Virus record (IMG/VR): IMGVR_UViG_3300027759_003944
DNA: 58,609 bases
Reading direction: 5' to 3' (one strand)
Source of the DNA: a virus
Lineage: Duplodnaviria; Heunggongvirae; Uroviricota; Caudoviricetes
This document shows, piece by piece, positions 8,835 through 17,845 of the stretch. The notes under the pieces were generated by a model. The model did not search any database, was not told the origin of the DNA, and saw only the letters and a list, made by a program, of their open reading frames with translations. The translations under genes and the position numbers were made by a program. Each line of letters opens with the position of its first letter. The first letter of the stretch is position 1.

Positions 8835-9641
8835 ATGACAAAACTTTTATTTGTGCTGTTGCTCACAGCCTTAAACTCAGCACACGCTTGGGACCAAACT
8901 GCCCCACTAGCAGTAGACCACTGCAAGACCCACAATCCTTATGGTTGGGCACAGACCAGCAAACAAGTCACAGCCATCTGCCGCAGAGCATACTTTGTGG
9001 CTTATGATGCAGCCGCAAAGATTCCCAACTATGTGACATATACACTGACCCCGCCCAATGCACTAGGATGCTGGCCAAGAACCAATGCATTTGTTGCTGA
9101 TGCGTCAGTGCCCAACGGACCAAGACCAGATGACTATGCTGGCACAGGCTACGACAAAGGTCATGCTGCTCCAGATGGTGATTTGAGTTGGGATCAACAA
9201 GTAGAATATGAAAGTTTCCTAATGACCAACATGTACCCACAACTGGGTGGACTCAATCGTGGCATTTGGAAACTACTAGAAACTTCAGTACGTGGTTGGA
9301 CAGTGCAACAAAATCAAACCTACACAATCTATGTGGGTGCTGTGTATGACACAGCCACTGACAAAAAGATTGGCAACGGTGTTGTAGTACCCACAGGTTT
9401 CTACAAGATTGTGATCAATCAAGCCACAGGTGCCATGGCTGGCTGGTATTTCCGACACGAAGGTGGACAGGGCAATGACTTGACCCGGGCTCGTGCTGCC
9501 GTCTCTGCTATTGAAAACAAAGCAGGTGTGAAGTTTGCTTATCCTGCCAATGCACGAGAACTGCCCATTGGACAAGAATGGCCTGTGGACTTTGGCGCAC
9601 TCACAAATGCCAAACGCCAAAAATGCAAGAGCAGCGAATAA
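8835..9641 (+). CDS. DNA/RNA non-specific endonuclease (Serratia NucA/EndoG family) with signal peptide
   Basis: GYDKGHAAP, FLMTNMYPQ...LNRGIWKLLE, VPTGFYKIV; N-terminal MTKLLFVLLLTALNSAHA-W signal-like peptide. Confidence 0.9.
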   Translation: MTKLLFVLLLTALNSAHAWDQTAPLAVDHCKTHNPYGWAQTSKQVTAICRRAYFVAYDAAAKIPNYVTYTLTPPNALGCWPRTNAFVADASVPNGPRPDDYAGTGYDKGHAAPDGDLSWDQQVEYESFLMTNMYPQLGGLNRGIWKLLETSVRGWTVQQNQTYTIYVGAVYDTATDKKIGNGVVVPTGFYKIVINQATGAMAGWYFRHEGGQGNDLTRARAAVSAIENKAGVKFAYPANARELPIGQEWPVDFGALTNAKRQKCKSSE

Positions 9642-9656
9642 CACTGTAAATACGGT

Positions 9657-10781
9657 ATGAGCAATTTCTACTGTGCAGCCCCTTGGCGCGGCCTGCACAT
9701 CAATCCTCGTGGTGATGTCAAAACTTGCTGTGCTGGTGACCCCAACATGCTGGGCAATCTCAACTCACAGTCAATAGAACAAATCTTGCACGGTCCTGCC
9801 ATGCAAGAAATACGTCAGAGCATACGCCAAGGGCAACCGCATGCCTACTGTTACAACTGTGTGCAGGCCGAACGTTACGGGCGCAGTGAACGAGATTGGC
9901 ACAACAATGTCAGTCCGGAGTTTGACTGTGAAACTGCCAACGACACTGAACATCGTCCCACCCTGATTGATGTGCGTTGGAATACTACTTGTAACTTGAG
10001 TTGCAACTATTGTGCCGAAGCATGCAGTAGCAAATGGGCCGCGTTGAAACACATGTCTGTGGCATCAGGAGCAAGACCCTACTACAAAGCAGTGTGCGAC
10101 TATCTTGCACAACACCAAGACCACATACGTGAAGTGGCATTAGTAGGCGGCGAACCGTTGTTGTTGCCTGAAAATGATCAATTGTTGGATGTGATCCCTG
10201 CGGAATGTGTGGTTACCCTGATAACCAATGTCAGTGTTGAACTAGACAACAACCGTGTGTTTAAAAAACTAGCCCAACGACAAAATGTAGGTTGGAGTTT
10301 GAGCTTTGACAATGTTGGCGATCAATTTGAATATGTACGCTACGGCAGCAACTGGCCGCTGTTGTTGAAAAATTTAGATATCATACAACAACTCATGAGA
10401 GAGCAAGGCCACTGGGGAGGCATACATGCAGTGTACAACATATACAACGCTACTAATCTGGTAGAATTAACTGACTTTGCTAGAACTTGCGGGCTGTCCA
10501 TACACTGGCAGAGTTTGTATCAACCTGATTGTTTGGATCCCAGCAACTTGGGTGTAGATATAGTAGACCTGGCTCAGAATGAAATACATCAGTTGTTGCA
10601 AAAACAAATCTGCTTGCCAGCAGAGCAACAATTTTTTGAAACAGTGTTACAAAATTTACAATCAAAACAAGATTTGAGATCACAACTGCGTGAGCACAAT
10701 ACATTGATAGAACAAAAATATCATCCCAACAGTCAGGACGAGTTTGCACGACTATGGCCAGAGGTTGCACAATGCTTGTGA
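9657..10781 (+). CDS. Radical SAM protein with N-terminal twitch/SPASM-like domain (#1)
   Basis: CAAPW...TCC...CYNC then CNLSCNYC and GGEPLL. Confidence 0.9.
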   Translation: MSNFYCAAPWRGLHINPRGDVKTCCAGDPNMLGNLNSQSIEQILHGPAMQEIRQSIRQGQPHAYCYNCVQAERYGRSERDWHNNVSPEFDCETANDTEHRPTLIDVRWNTTCNLSCNYCAEACSSKWAALKHMSVASGARPYYKAVCDYLAQHQDHIREVALVGGEPLLLPENDQLLDVIPAECVVTLITNVSVELDNNRVFKKLAQRQNVGWSLSFDNVGDQFEYVRYGSNWPLLLKNLDIIQQLMREQGHWGGIHAVYNIYNATNLVELTDFARTCGLSIHWQSLYQPDCLDPSNLGVDIVDLAQNEIHQLLQKQICLPAEQQFFETVLQNLQSKQDLRSQLREHNTLIEQKYHPNSQDEFARLWPEVAQCL

Positions 10782-11311
10782 TGCCTATAGACAGTGAAAA
10801 CAATTTGTTCCGTGTAGAACATGCTGTGAGTGCAGAACTGGCCGCACAAGTTATGGCCACAGACTGGATGAACTTGCCTTGGCAACGTCAGGAAGGTCAA
10901 GAGAACTGGGCACGTAGACGTATTGTAGACACAGCCATACCTTGGATTGAGCAATGGCATGAAGAAATCAACAGTCAATGGCCTGTGATAGAACAACAAG
11001 TGGGAAAACAATTACATGCTTACTCGGGCACTGCCTGGTGGCTGGATGAACCGGGATTTACTTGTAGCATGCACACCGATGGAGAAATGCCAGGCAGCAT
11101 GCATCTAACTTGGAAGGGCCCTGGCACAGCATTTTACTGGCACAAAGATCCGTCAACCTTGCGTTATCAAACACCAGAACAGCCCAATGCAGGCTACATT
11201 ATGATCAATCAAGCAGATAGCACAGGATATAGACCGCTGTTGTGGCATGCCATGCTCTCACCATCAGACTCTTATAGAGTAACATCATACACATGGATTG
11301 CACCCCAATGA
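10772..11311 (+). CDS. 2OG-Fe(II) oxygenase-like protein
   Basis: WWLDEPGFTCSMHTD (HxD), PNAGYIM, WHAM...RVTSY. Confidence 0.7.
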   Translation: MLVMPIDSENNLFRVEHAVSAELAAQVMATDWMNLPWQRQEGQENWARRRIVDTAIPWIEQWHEEINSQWPVIEQQVGKQLHAYSGTAWWLDEPGFTCSMHTDGEMPGSMHLTWKGPGTAFYWHKDPSTLRYQTPEQPNAGYIMINQADSTGYRPLLWHAMLSPSDSYRVTSYTWIAPQ

Positions 11312-11429
11312 TTACTGAGAGTCCTACATTTTAACATGGCACAAGAATATGGAAACAACATTAAAAAAATCTACAACGTTTGTGGACTTGTGGCCTAGCA
11401 TAGCAAAGGAATACAATGAAGAAAAATAA
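11308..11429 (+). pseudogene. Deletion remnant of a further radical SAM gene (N- and C-termini only)
   Basis: ATGA-coupled MITESPTF* followed in another frame by LTWHKNMETTLKKSTTFVDLWPSIAKEYNEEK*, matching termini of the intact paralogs. Confidence 0.65.
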
Positions 11430-12168
11430 AACACTATGGCATTTTGGTACAAAACGTGCTGGAGAAACATTAAAATGGATGCCCACGGATACCGAAGAAA
11501 GTTTTCAGCGGTTGATTCAAAATGAAGAATATCGTGAATATTTTTGCAGCAAAGGATGGCTTGACCCCGATGCTATAACATATCGTATAAACAGCTCAGG
11601 ATTTAGGTCAGAAGAATTTGATCCTCGAGCAGACAGTTTGGTTTCATTGGGTTGCAGTTATACCATTGGTATTGGTCTTCCAGAACAAGCCACATGGCCT
11701 TGCTTGGTATCGCAGGCACTGGGCTTGAAAAATTATAATCTAGCCTGGGGCGGCACCAGCGCAGACACTTGTTTTATGATAGCAGATCATTGGTTACCCA
11801 TACTACGACCAAAGTTGGTAGTAATGGCAGCACCTCCCAAACATCGCTTTGATTTGATAACAGAAAAAGTTGATCACTATCATGATACCTACTTGCCCGG
11901 CAGTGAAATTGGGCAAGCCGATCAAGATGGGTTTGTTAAAACTTGGTTTTTGAATGACCGCAATGCAGACTTAAATAATGCACGTAATCGACTGGCTGTT
12001 GAAGGATTGTGTAACAAACTAGGCATACATTGTTTGACTTACAATGCACATGATTGGTTTGCCAAAAGTCGCGACGAAGTAGAGTATGCAAGAGATCGTA
12101 TGCATGCTGGCCCATTGGGACATAAAAAGTTTGCAGAAAGAATCATAAATGATTTCGCCACCAAGTAA
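11416..12168 (+). CDS. SGNH/GDSL-hydrolase-like protein
   Basis: SLGCSYTIGIG (block I), NLAWGGTS (block II), ARDRMHAG (DxxH). Confidence 0.65.
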   Translation: MKKNKTLWHFGTKRAGETLKWMPTDTEESFQRLIQNEEYREYFCSKGWLDPDAITYRINSSGFRSEEFDPRADSLVSLGCSYTIGIGLPEQATWPCLVSQALGLKNYNLAWGGTSADTCFMIADHWLPILRPKLVVMAAPPKHRFDLITEKVDHYHDTYLPGSEIGQADQDGFVKTWFLNDRNADLNNARNRLAVEGLCNKLGIHCLTYNAHDWFAKSRDEVEYARDRMHAGPLGHKKFAERIINDFATK

Positions 12169-13735
12169 AAATTTAGAAACGGTCCTGGTCAAAGCACCGC
12201 ACCGTAAGGAAGTGTACACTGAAGATGAACTTGTAGAGTTTGCAAAGTGCGCTGATCCTGTTACTGGCCCGTTGTATTTCATGGATAACTTTTTCTTTAT
12301 TCAGCATCCCACACGCGGCAAAATGTTGTACCATCCGTTTGAGTACCAGACCAGACTGATTGAAACTTATCACAACTACCGATATTCAATATCCTTGATG
12401 CCTCGACAAACAGGCAAGTCAACTTCAGCAGCTGGTTACTTGTTGTGGTATGCAATGTTTGTGCCAGACAGTACCATCCTTGTGGCTGCACACAAATACA
12501 CAGGTGCACAGGAGATCATGCAACGTATTAGATACGCATACGAACTGTGCCCTAATCATATCCGAGCAGGTGCTACCAGTTACAACAAGAATTCATTGGA
12601 ATTTGAAAACGGATCACGTATTGTAGCGCAGACCACAACAGAAACAACAGGACGGGGTATGAGTATTTCACTCTTGTACGCTGATGAGTTTGCATTTGTG
12701 CGACCCACTATTGCTAGAGAGTTTTGGACTTCTATCAGCCCCACGTTGGCCACTGGTGGTAAAGCTATTATTACATCAACCCCTAACTCTGATGAAGATC
12801 AATTTGCGTTCTTGTGGAAAGGTGCCAACAAGACTGAAGACGAACATGGCAACACCACTGAACTAGGTATCAACGGATTCCGCGCATTTAGAAGCAATTG
12901 GCGTGAACATCCCGACCGTGATGAGAAGTGGGGTGCAGAACAGTTGTCACAACTGGGAGAAGATCGATTCCGCAGAGAAATGGAATGCGAATTTGTTATA
13001 AATGATGAGACATTGATTGCTCCTACCCGATTGCTGGACTTGGAAGGCGTGGAGCCTAACCGACGTACCGGACAAGTGCGTTGGTACAAAACTCCAGTTA
13101 AAGATAAAATATACATTGTGGCCCTAGACCCTAGCCTGGGCACAGGTGGAGATCCTGCAGCCATACAGGTGTTTGAAGCAGATACAACAGAGCAAGTGGC
13201 TGAATGGCGACACAACCGAACAGACATTCCCACTCAGGTCAAACTGTTGGCGGACATTGTACAAGAACTGTACGATGTTACAAAAGACGATAAAAAAATC
13301 TACTACTCGGTGGAAAACAACACCATAGGTGAAGCTGCCTTGATCAGCATAAACGAGTACGGAGAAGAAAATATAAAAGGATATTTTTTAAGTGACAACT
13401 CAGTGACAGGCACAACAGGACGCAGATTTCGCAAAGGATTCAACACCACAAACAAAGCCAAACTCACTGCATGCAACAAGTTCAAAATCCTTGTGGAATC
13501 TGGGCGCATGCGACTGCACAGCAGACCCCTGATTTCTGAACTGAAAACTTTTGTTGCGTCAGGCGGCAGTTATGCTGCCAAACCTGGGGAAACAGACGAT
13601 CTTGTGATGAGTTCGTTGCTGGCTGTGCGTATGTTAATGATGTTGCAAACATATCACGCAGAATTAGACACACAAATGAAAGACCACGGCGACAACGTGA
13701 TTGAGCCAATGCCGTTCATATCAATGCTGCGCTAA
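12149..13735 (+). CDS. gp17: Terminase large subunit
   Basis: PRQTGKST Walker A, YADEFAFV Walker B, ITSTPN, ALDPSLG and DDLVMS nuclease motifs. Confidence 0.95.
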   Translation: MISPPSKNLETVLVKAPHRKEVYTEDELVEFAKCADPVTGPLYFMDNFFFIQHPTRGKMLYHPFEYQTRLIETYHNYRYSISLMPRQTGKSTSAAGYLLWYAMFVPDSTILVAAHKYTGAQEIMQRIRYAYELCPNHIRAGATSYNKNSLEFENGSRIVAQTTTETTGRGMSISLLYADEFAFVRPTIAREFWTSISPTLATGGKAIITSTPNSDEDQFAFLWKGANKTEDEHGNTTELGINGFRAFRSNWREHPDRDEKWGAEQLSQLGEDRFRREMECEFVINDETLIAPTRLLDLEGVEPNRRTGQVRWYKTPVKDKIYIVALDPSLGTGGDPAAIQVFEADTTEQVAEWRHNRTDIPTQVKLLADIVQELYDVTKDDKKIYYSVENNTIGEAALISINEYGEENIKGYFLSDNSVTGTTGRRFRKGFNTTNKAKLTACNKFKILVESGRMRLHSRPLISELKTFVASGGSYAAKPGETDDLVMSSLLAVRMLMMLQTYHAELDTQMKDHGDNVIEPMPFISMLR

Positions 13736-13745
13736 ATACACAACT

Positions 13746-16679
13746 ATGACAATGGAAGCATTACCTCAAGATCTAGCAGACTTTCTGGTTACAAAGAATT
13801 TTGACCCAGAATATTTCAACAAAAAAGGCGACCCTTCAGAAGCCGGCGAAGCCACCACCATAAAATTTGATTATGTGGCAGATTCAGGCAAAAACTATGG
13901 CACAGCGGTGTGTGTGATATCCAATGATGAGCTGAGTTTGTACTACGGAGACAACTTGGGCAGAGGTATGGAACCCCAAGACAAACAAGGATGGTTTGAC
14001 TTCTTGGAACAACTTAGCAATCAGGCTGCCAGCCATTCAGCAACCTGGACGCCTACAGAAATCAACAAACTCAAACATAACTTGGCTGGCATTGCTGCCA
14101 TCAAAGAAGGATTGTTTGAAGGCTATTATGGCAACCGCAAGGTCAGCTACATGGGCGAGCAAACTCAAGCACGCCTGGTAATCAATCACAATCGTGTGCT
14201 AGGCGAAGAAGACAAGCGTTATCGCTATGTGGAAAGTTTGTTTATTGAAACAGCAGACCAAGAACGCTTTAGATTACCATTTAAAAGTTTGGCAGGCGGC
14301 AGAGCCATGCTGGAACATGTGCGCCAAGGTGGACGTCCGTACGATGTACGTGGCAATCACATTACTGAAGTTGTGAGTGAAATGGCTGTGCTCAGTCGTT
14401 TTAATCGTGCTCAACACAATCGTGTGTTTGAAGGCGTCACACAAGAACTGGTAGAAAGCGCAAGACAATACTATCAAAACTTACAAGAAACAATGAAGCA
14501 TCTTGGCAGCCCACGTGGCTATCAAGCATACTTCGAATCCTGGGCTCCTGACCAAACAGGCGAGGCCGAAGCCCTGGTAGAAAATCTACGCGACCTGTTT
14601 GTGGAACAAACACTGGATGCTAGAATTGAAGCTGCCTTGCCCACACTGGCCAAGATACAACAACAAGGAAACAACATGAAAGAAGCACAAATATTTGAAA
14701 ACTGGATCCAAAACCTCAGTGAAGGCACTTGGGCATTACCAGAAACTCCTGAGCAAATGGAAAAACTCAACCAGTTGATGAGTGGCGAACTCATAGTTGG
14801 TCCTGACGCCACCAATGCCACAGAACAGTTGTATGACCTTGTGGGTGATGATGAGTTGTTTGACATACTAAACGACCTAGCCGACCGAAGTGAAGGCCGT
14901 GCCAATGTTTGGGACGACTCAGATGTACAACGCAGACTGGCTGAACTGGGCATTCAAACCCCTCAGAGTACTGAAGCAGAACCTGCCGACGTTGATCAAG
15001 ACACAGCACCTGAGGTAAAAGAAGATGATGCACCTGCGCCATCAGACATGTCTGATTTTTGGAAACAAGCAAGAAGAAACCACTACGGTGCTCCACGTCC
15101 TGTAAAAGAAGGTGAAGAAGCGGACTACAGTATGTCCAATCCAGGAAAACTCAGCAATCAAGAATACAAAGATCAAATGAACCGTCGTTACGGACAACCT
15201 GACATGGACACATCTCGCATGAACAAAGCACATCAGGATTTCTACGACAAGAACCCCAGTTTCAAACAAGGTGGAAGAGAAATTGTTTCTCCTGGTGATG
15301 GTCGATTGGCTTCAAAAGTTGTGCCAGCGGTCTCTGACACAAAAGTAGGCCGCATTCCAATGAACACACCTGGTGGCAGTGCAATGCGGGGTGGTGGCGG
15401 AATGGGTGGTGCAATGGGTGGTAGAAAACCAGGTGAGCCGCCTTCTTATTTGATGAACCCACTGAAGTTAGAGAATGCCGAACTGGCTCGTATGCTGAAA
15501 CACGCTGGTGTACCACTGCAAGAAGGTGTGTTGACTGATTCAACAGGCAGCAAAATGGAACACATCAAAGACACATTCCAGCGTGACATTAAAGACTTTG
15601 AACAAACTGGTGACATGAGCAAGCACTTGTACCATGCATTGCATGACTATTATTTTGATGACATGCCATATGGTGCCCGAACTGGTGATGACATTGATCC
15701 CCATGAATGGATCAGCAATCGCTTTGCTGAAGATCTTGGATTAGACGAAAATCTCATCAGCCCAATGATCATGCCTGTGAGTGAAGGCTCCTGCAACATG
15801 ACCATGGAAGGTTCTTACTGTCCCGAACACGGCCTGGCCGAATGTGGCAGCATGTATGAAGGCGTGAATGATCCAGACTATAGAGGTGGACACAACAACG
15901 AATTTGACGAACTGGAAGACTTACTAAGTAGGTCAGGGATGAGTCAAGATGATTTGTTGCGTCAGCGATTTTTAGCCAACAAGTATGGACTCAATACTCC
16001 GGCAGACATGGCCAAATTGCCCGCGTTGAAAAAAGACGCCGAAGCAGGATACCGAACACGCAAGGCCGAAATTGATGTTGATTTAGAAAAACGCAATCAA
16101 CAATACATGCAAGACAAACTTGCGGACCTGGAATATCAACAAGATCCAATTGCTTTTTTGAAAAGACGCACACAACAACTTGTACCAACTGCGCCAACAG
16201 CGCCAACAGCGCCAACCGCACCTACTGAACCAACCGCACCTACTGAACCAACAGCACCAACAGGTGTAACAGATGAACCTGGTACAGATTATTCCACAGG
16301 CCAAGCAAAATTAGGGTCAAGCCCAAGTGTAAAATTACCTAATTTTAGACCAGAACCCGCTGCAGAAGTGCCGGCAACCGAACCAGGTGTAGATTATTCA
16401 TTGCCACGAGCAAAGTTGGGATCAACCCCCGGTGTGAAAATGCCTAACTTTAGACCAGATGCAGACACATCAGGTCCTGCTCCTGAAAAGTCATCTATAT
16501 TTCAACAACTAGCACAGTTGAGAAACCGAACCCGTGGCACAATGGCAGAAACCAGCAATGATGATCCAATCAATTACAATGCTGCTATGACTGGTGCATA
16601 CTACGAAGGCAAAGAAACCGATATCCAAGAAGGCGATGCACTTTTAGCAAGAATAAAATCATTGGCTTTGCTCAGATAA
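13746..16679 (+). CDS. Large virion-associated protein with conserved N-terminal domain and repetitive C-terminal modules
   Basis: About 977 aa after terminase; TAAATA 7 nt upstream; many hydrophobic-x-E motifs, CNMTMEGSYCPEHGLAEC module, PTA/PTE repeats. Confidence 0.65.
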   Translation: MTMEALPQDLADFLVTKNFDPEYFNKKGDPSEAGEATTIKFDYVADSGKNYGTAVCVISNDELSLYYGDNLGRGMEPQDKQGWFDFLEQLSNQAASHSATWTPTEINKLKHNLAGIAAIKEGLFEGYYGNRKVSYMGEQTQARLVINHNRVLGEEDKRYRYVESLFIETADQERFRLPFKSLAGGRAMLEHVRQGGRPYDVRGNHITEVVSEMAVLSRFNRAQHNRVFEGVTQELVESARQYYQNLQETMKHLGSPRGYQAYFESWAPDQTGEAEALVENLRDLFVEQTLDARIEAALPTLAKIQQQGNNMKEAQIFENWIQNLSEGTWALPETPEQMEKLNQLMSGELIVGPDATNATEQLYDLVGDDELFDILNDLADRSEGRANVWDDSDVQRRLAELGIQTPQSTEAEPADVDQDTAPEVKEDDAPAPSDMSDFWKQARRNHYGAPRPVKEGEEADYSMSNPGKLSNQEYKDQMNRRYGQPDMDTSRMNKAHQDFYDKNPSFKQGGREIVSPGDGRLASKVVPAVSDTKVGRIPMNTPGGSAMRGGGGMGGAMGGRKPGEPPSYLMNPLKLENAELARMLKHAGVPLQEGVLTDSTGSKMEHIKDTFQRDIKDFEQTGDMSKHLYHALHDYYFDDMPYGARTGDDIDPHEWISNRFAEDLGLDENLISPMIMPVSEGSCNMTMEGSYCPEHGLAECGSMYEGVNDPDYRGGHNNEFDELEDLLSRSGMSQDDLLRQRFLANKYGLNTPADMAKLPALKKDAEAGYRTRKAEIDVDLEKRNQQYMQDKLADLEYQQDPIAFLKRRTQQLVPTAPTAPTAPTAPTEPTAPTEPTAPTGVTDEPGTDYSTGQAKLGSSPSVKLPNFRPEPAAEVPATEPGVDYSLPRAKLGSTPGVKMPNFRPDADTSGPAPEKSSIFQQLAQLRNRTRGTMAETSNDDPINYNAAMTGAYYEGKETDIQEGDALLARIKSLALLR
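16185..16265 (+). repeat. 9-nt tandem repeat x9 encoding PTA/PTE tripeptides
   Basis: PTAPTAPTAPTAPTEPTAPTEPTAPTG. Confidence 0.9.
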
Positions 16680-16682
16680 CAC

Positions 16683-17720
16683 ATGCGTGAGGTAGCATTG
16701 ATGCCAAGTAGCATACCAAGTATCTTTGGTATGCCACAGTGGTTGCCTATTGTGCAAAATCAATCATCACGCGAGTTGTGGGCAGATTATTGGGCATACA
16801 AAGTCCAACCCGATACCCGACGAGACGGATACACAAAAAAAACACTCAAACAGTACATAAAAACTCACTCAATTCAAAAATTGGTGTTTTATGATTTGTT
16901 TCATTATGAATCAATCTTTGAAATAGAACGTACTGCACTGATAAAATATTTTCAAAAAATATTGCCGACCACTCTGATAACTTTTCGTAAAAATCCCATA
17001 CCTGAAATCGATCATGTTGTACACTTTGATTTTTATTGGAATCGATGCAAACAAGCCTACTACGACAAAATCTCAGGGTGGAAGCAACTTGGTAAAGAAA
17101 ACTTTAATCAATGGCCAGTACATCTAGACAAACGCCCATTGTTTATATTGTCATTGTACGGCTTGAATAATCAACACATCAAAAGACATTTATACAATGC
17201 AATTAATCATGTTCCGGGTTATCACAGTGGACTAACAAAAGAAACAGTATTGCCATCTGAAACAGGCGAAACTCATGTCAGCAGTTTGGCAGCCACACCG
17301 CCAGCAAGAAAATTTTTTGATGATACCTATATATCGGCACAGATAGAATCAATGATAAAAGGCAACAATGTAATATTTTGCGAAAAAACGTATGATCATT
17401 TAATACAAGGAAGATTTGTGTTGAACTTTGGTCCCAGACATTATTATCGCACTCTGGTCAACGACGGGTGGAAGATTCCCGGTGGAATTGATTTTAGTTG
17501 GGACGACATTGAAGATCAAAACACAGACAATGATGACTTGCAAGATGAGCCAAGATTTACCAAGTATATTGAATGCTTGACCAAACTAACATCCAATATA
17601 GATACCTTGCATGATTTGTTTATAGCCAATATTGATGTGTTTGAACACAATCATCAGCAACTACAACAACGACCCTACAATATTTTTAATTTAGAACATC
17701 TTGATCATAAATACTCTTGA
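16683..17720 (+). CDS. Putative glycosyltransferase (GT10 fucosyltransferase-like motif)
   Basis: QIES...IFCEKTYDHLIQGRFVLNFG...IDFSWDDIED; paralog of 49422..50480. Confidence 0.5.
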   Translation: MREVALMPSSIPSIFGMPQWLPIVQNQSSRELWADYWAYKVQPDTRRDGYTKKTLKQYIKTHSIQKLVFYDLFHYESIFEIERTALIKYFQKILPTTLITFRKNPIPEIDHVVHFDFYWNRCKQAYYDKISGWKQLGKENFNQWPVHLDKRPLFILSLYGLNNQHIKRHLYNAINHVPGYHSGLTKETVLPSETGETHVSSLAATPPARKFFDDTYISAQIESMIKGNNVIFCEKTYDHLIQGRFVLNFGPRHYYRTLVNDGWKIPGGIDFSWDDIEDQNTDNDDLQDEPRFTKYIECLTKLTSNIDTLHDLFIANIDVFEHNHQQLQQRPYNIFNLEHLDHKYS

Positions 17721-17745
17721 CACGTAGACAAAGAGCGCATATACT
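17717..17745 (+). promoter_or_regulatory. Sigma70-type promoter of the SSB gene (TAAATA at 17708 just upstream)
   Basis: TTGACA-17 nt-TATACT. Confidence 0.8.
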
Positions 17746-17845
17746 ACTACAGTGTTTGCGCTTTTTTGTTTGTGTCACAGGCAACAGAGATCTAAACATT
17801 TAGATAGGCAACATAACATAGGCAACTTACTAAGGAGAAAAAACT

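Noticed and set aside
12149-13735. Intein or intron in terminase (also uvsW, helicase, uvsX)
   Set aside because: ORFs are contiguous, of ordinary length, with no splicing or homing endonuclease motifs
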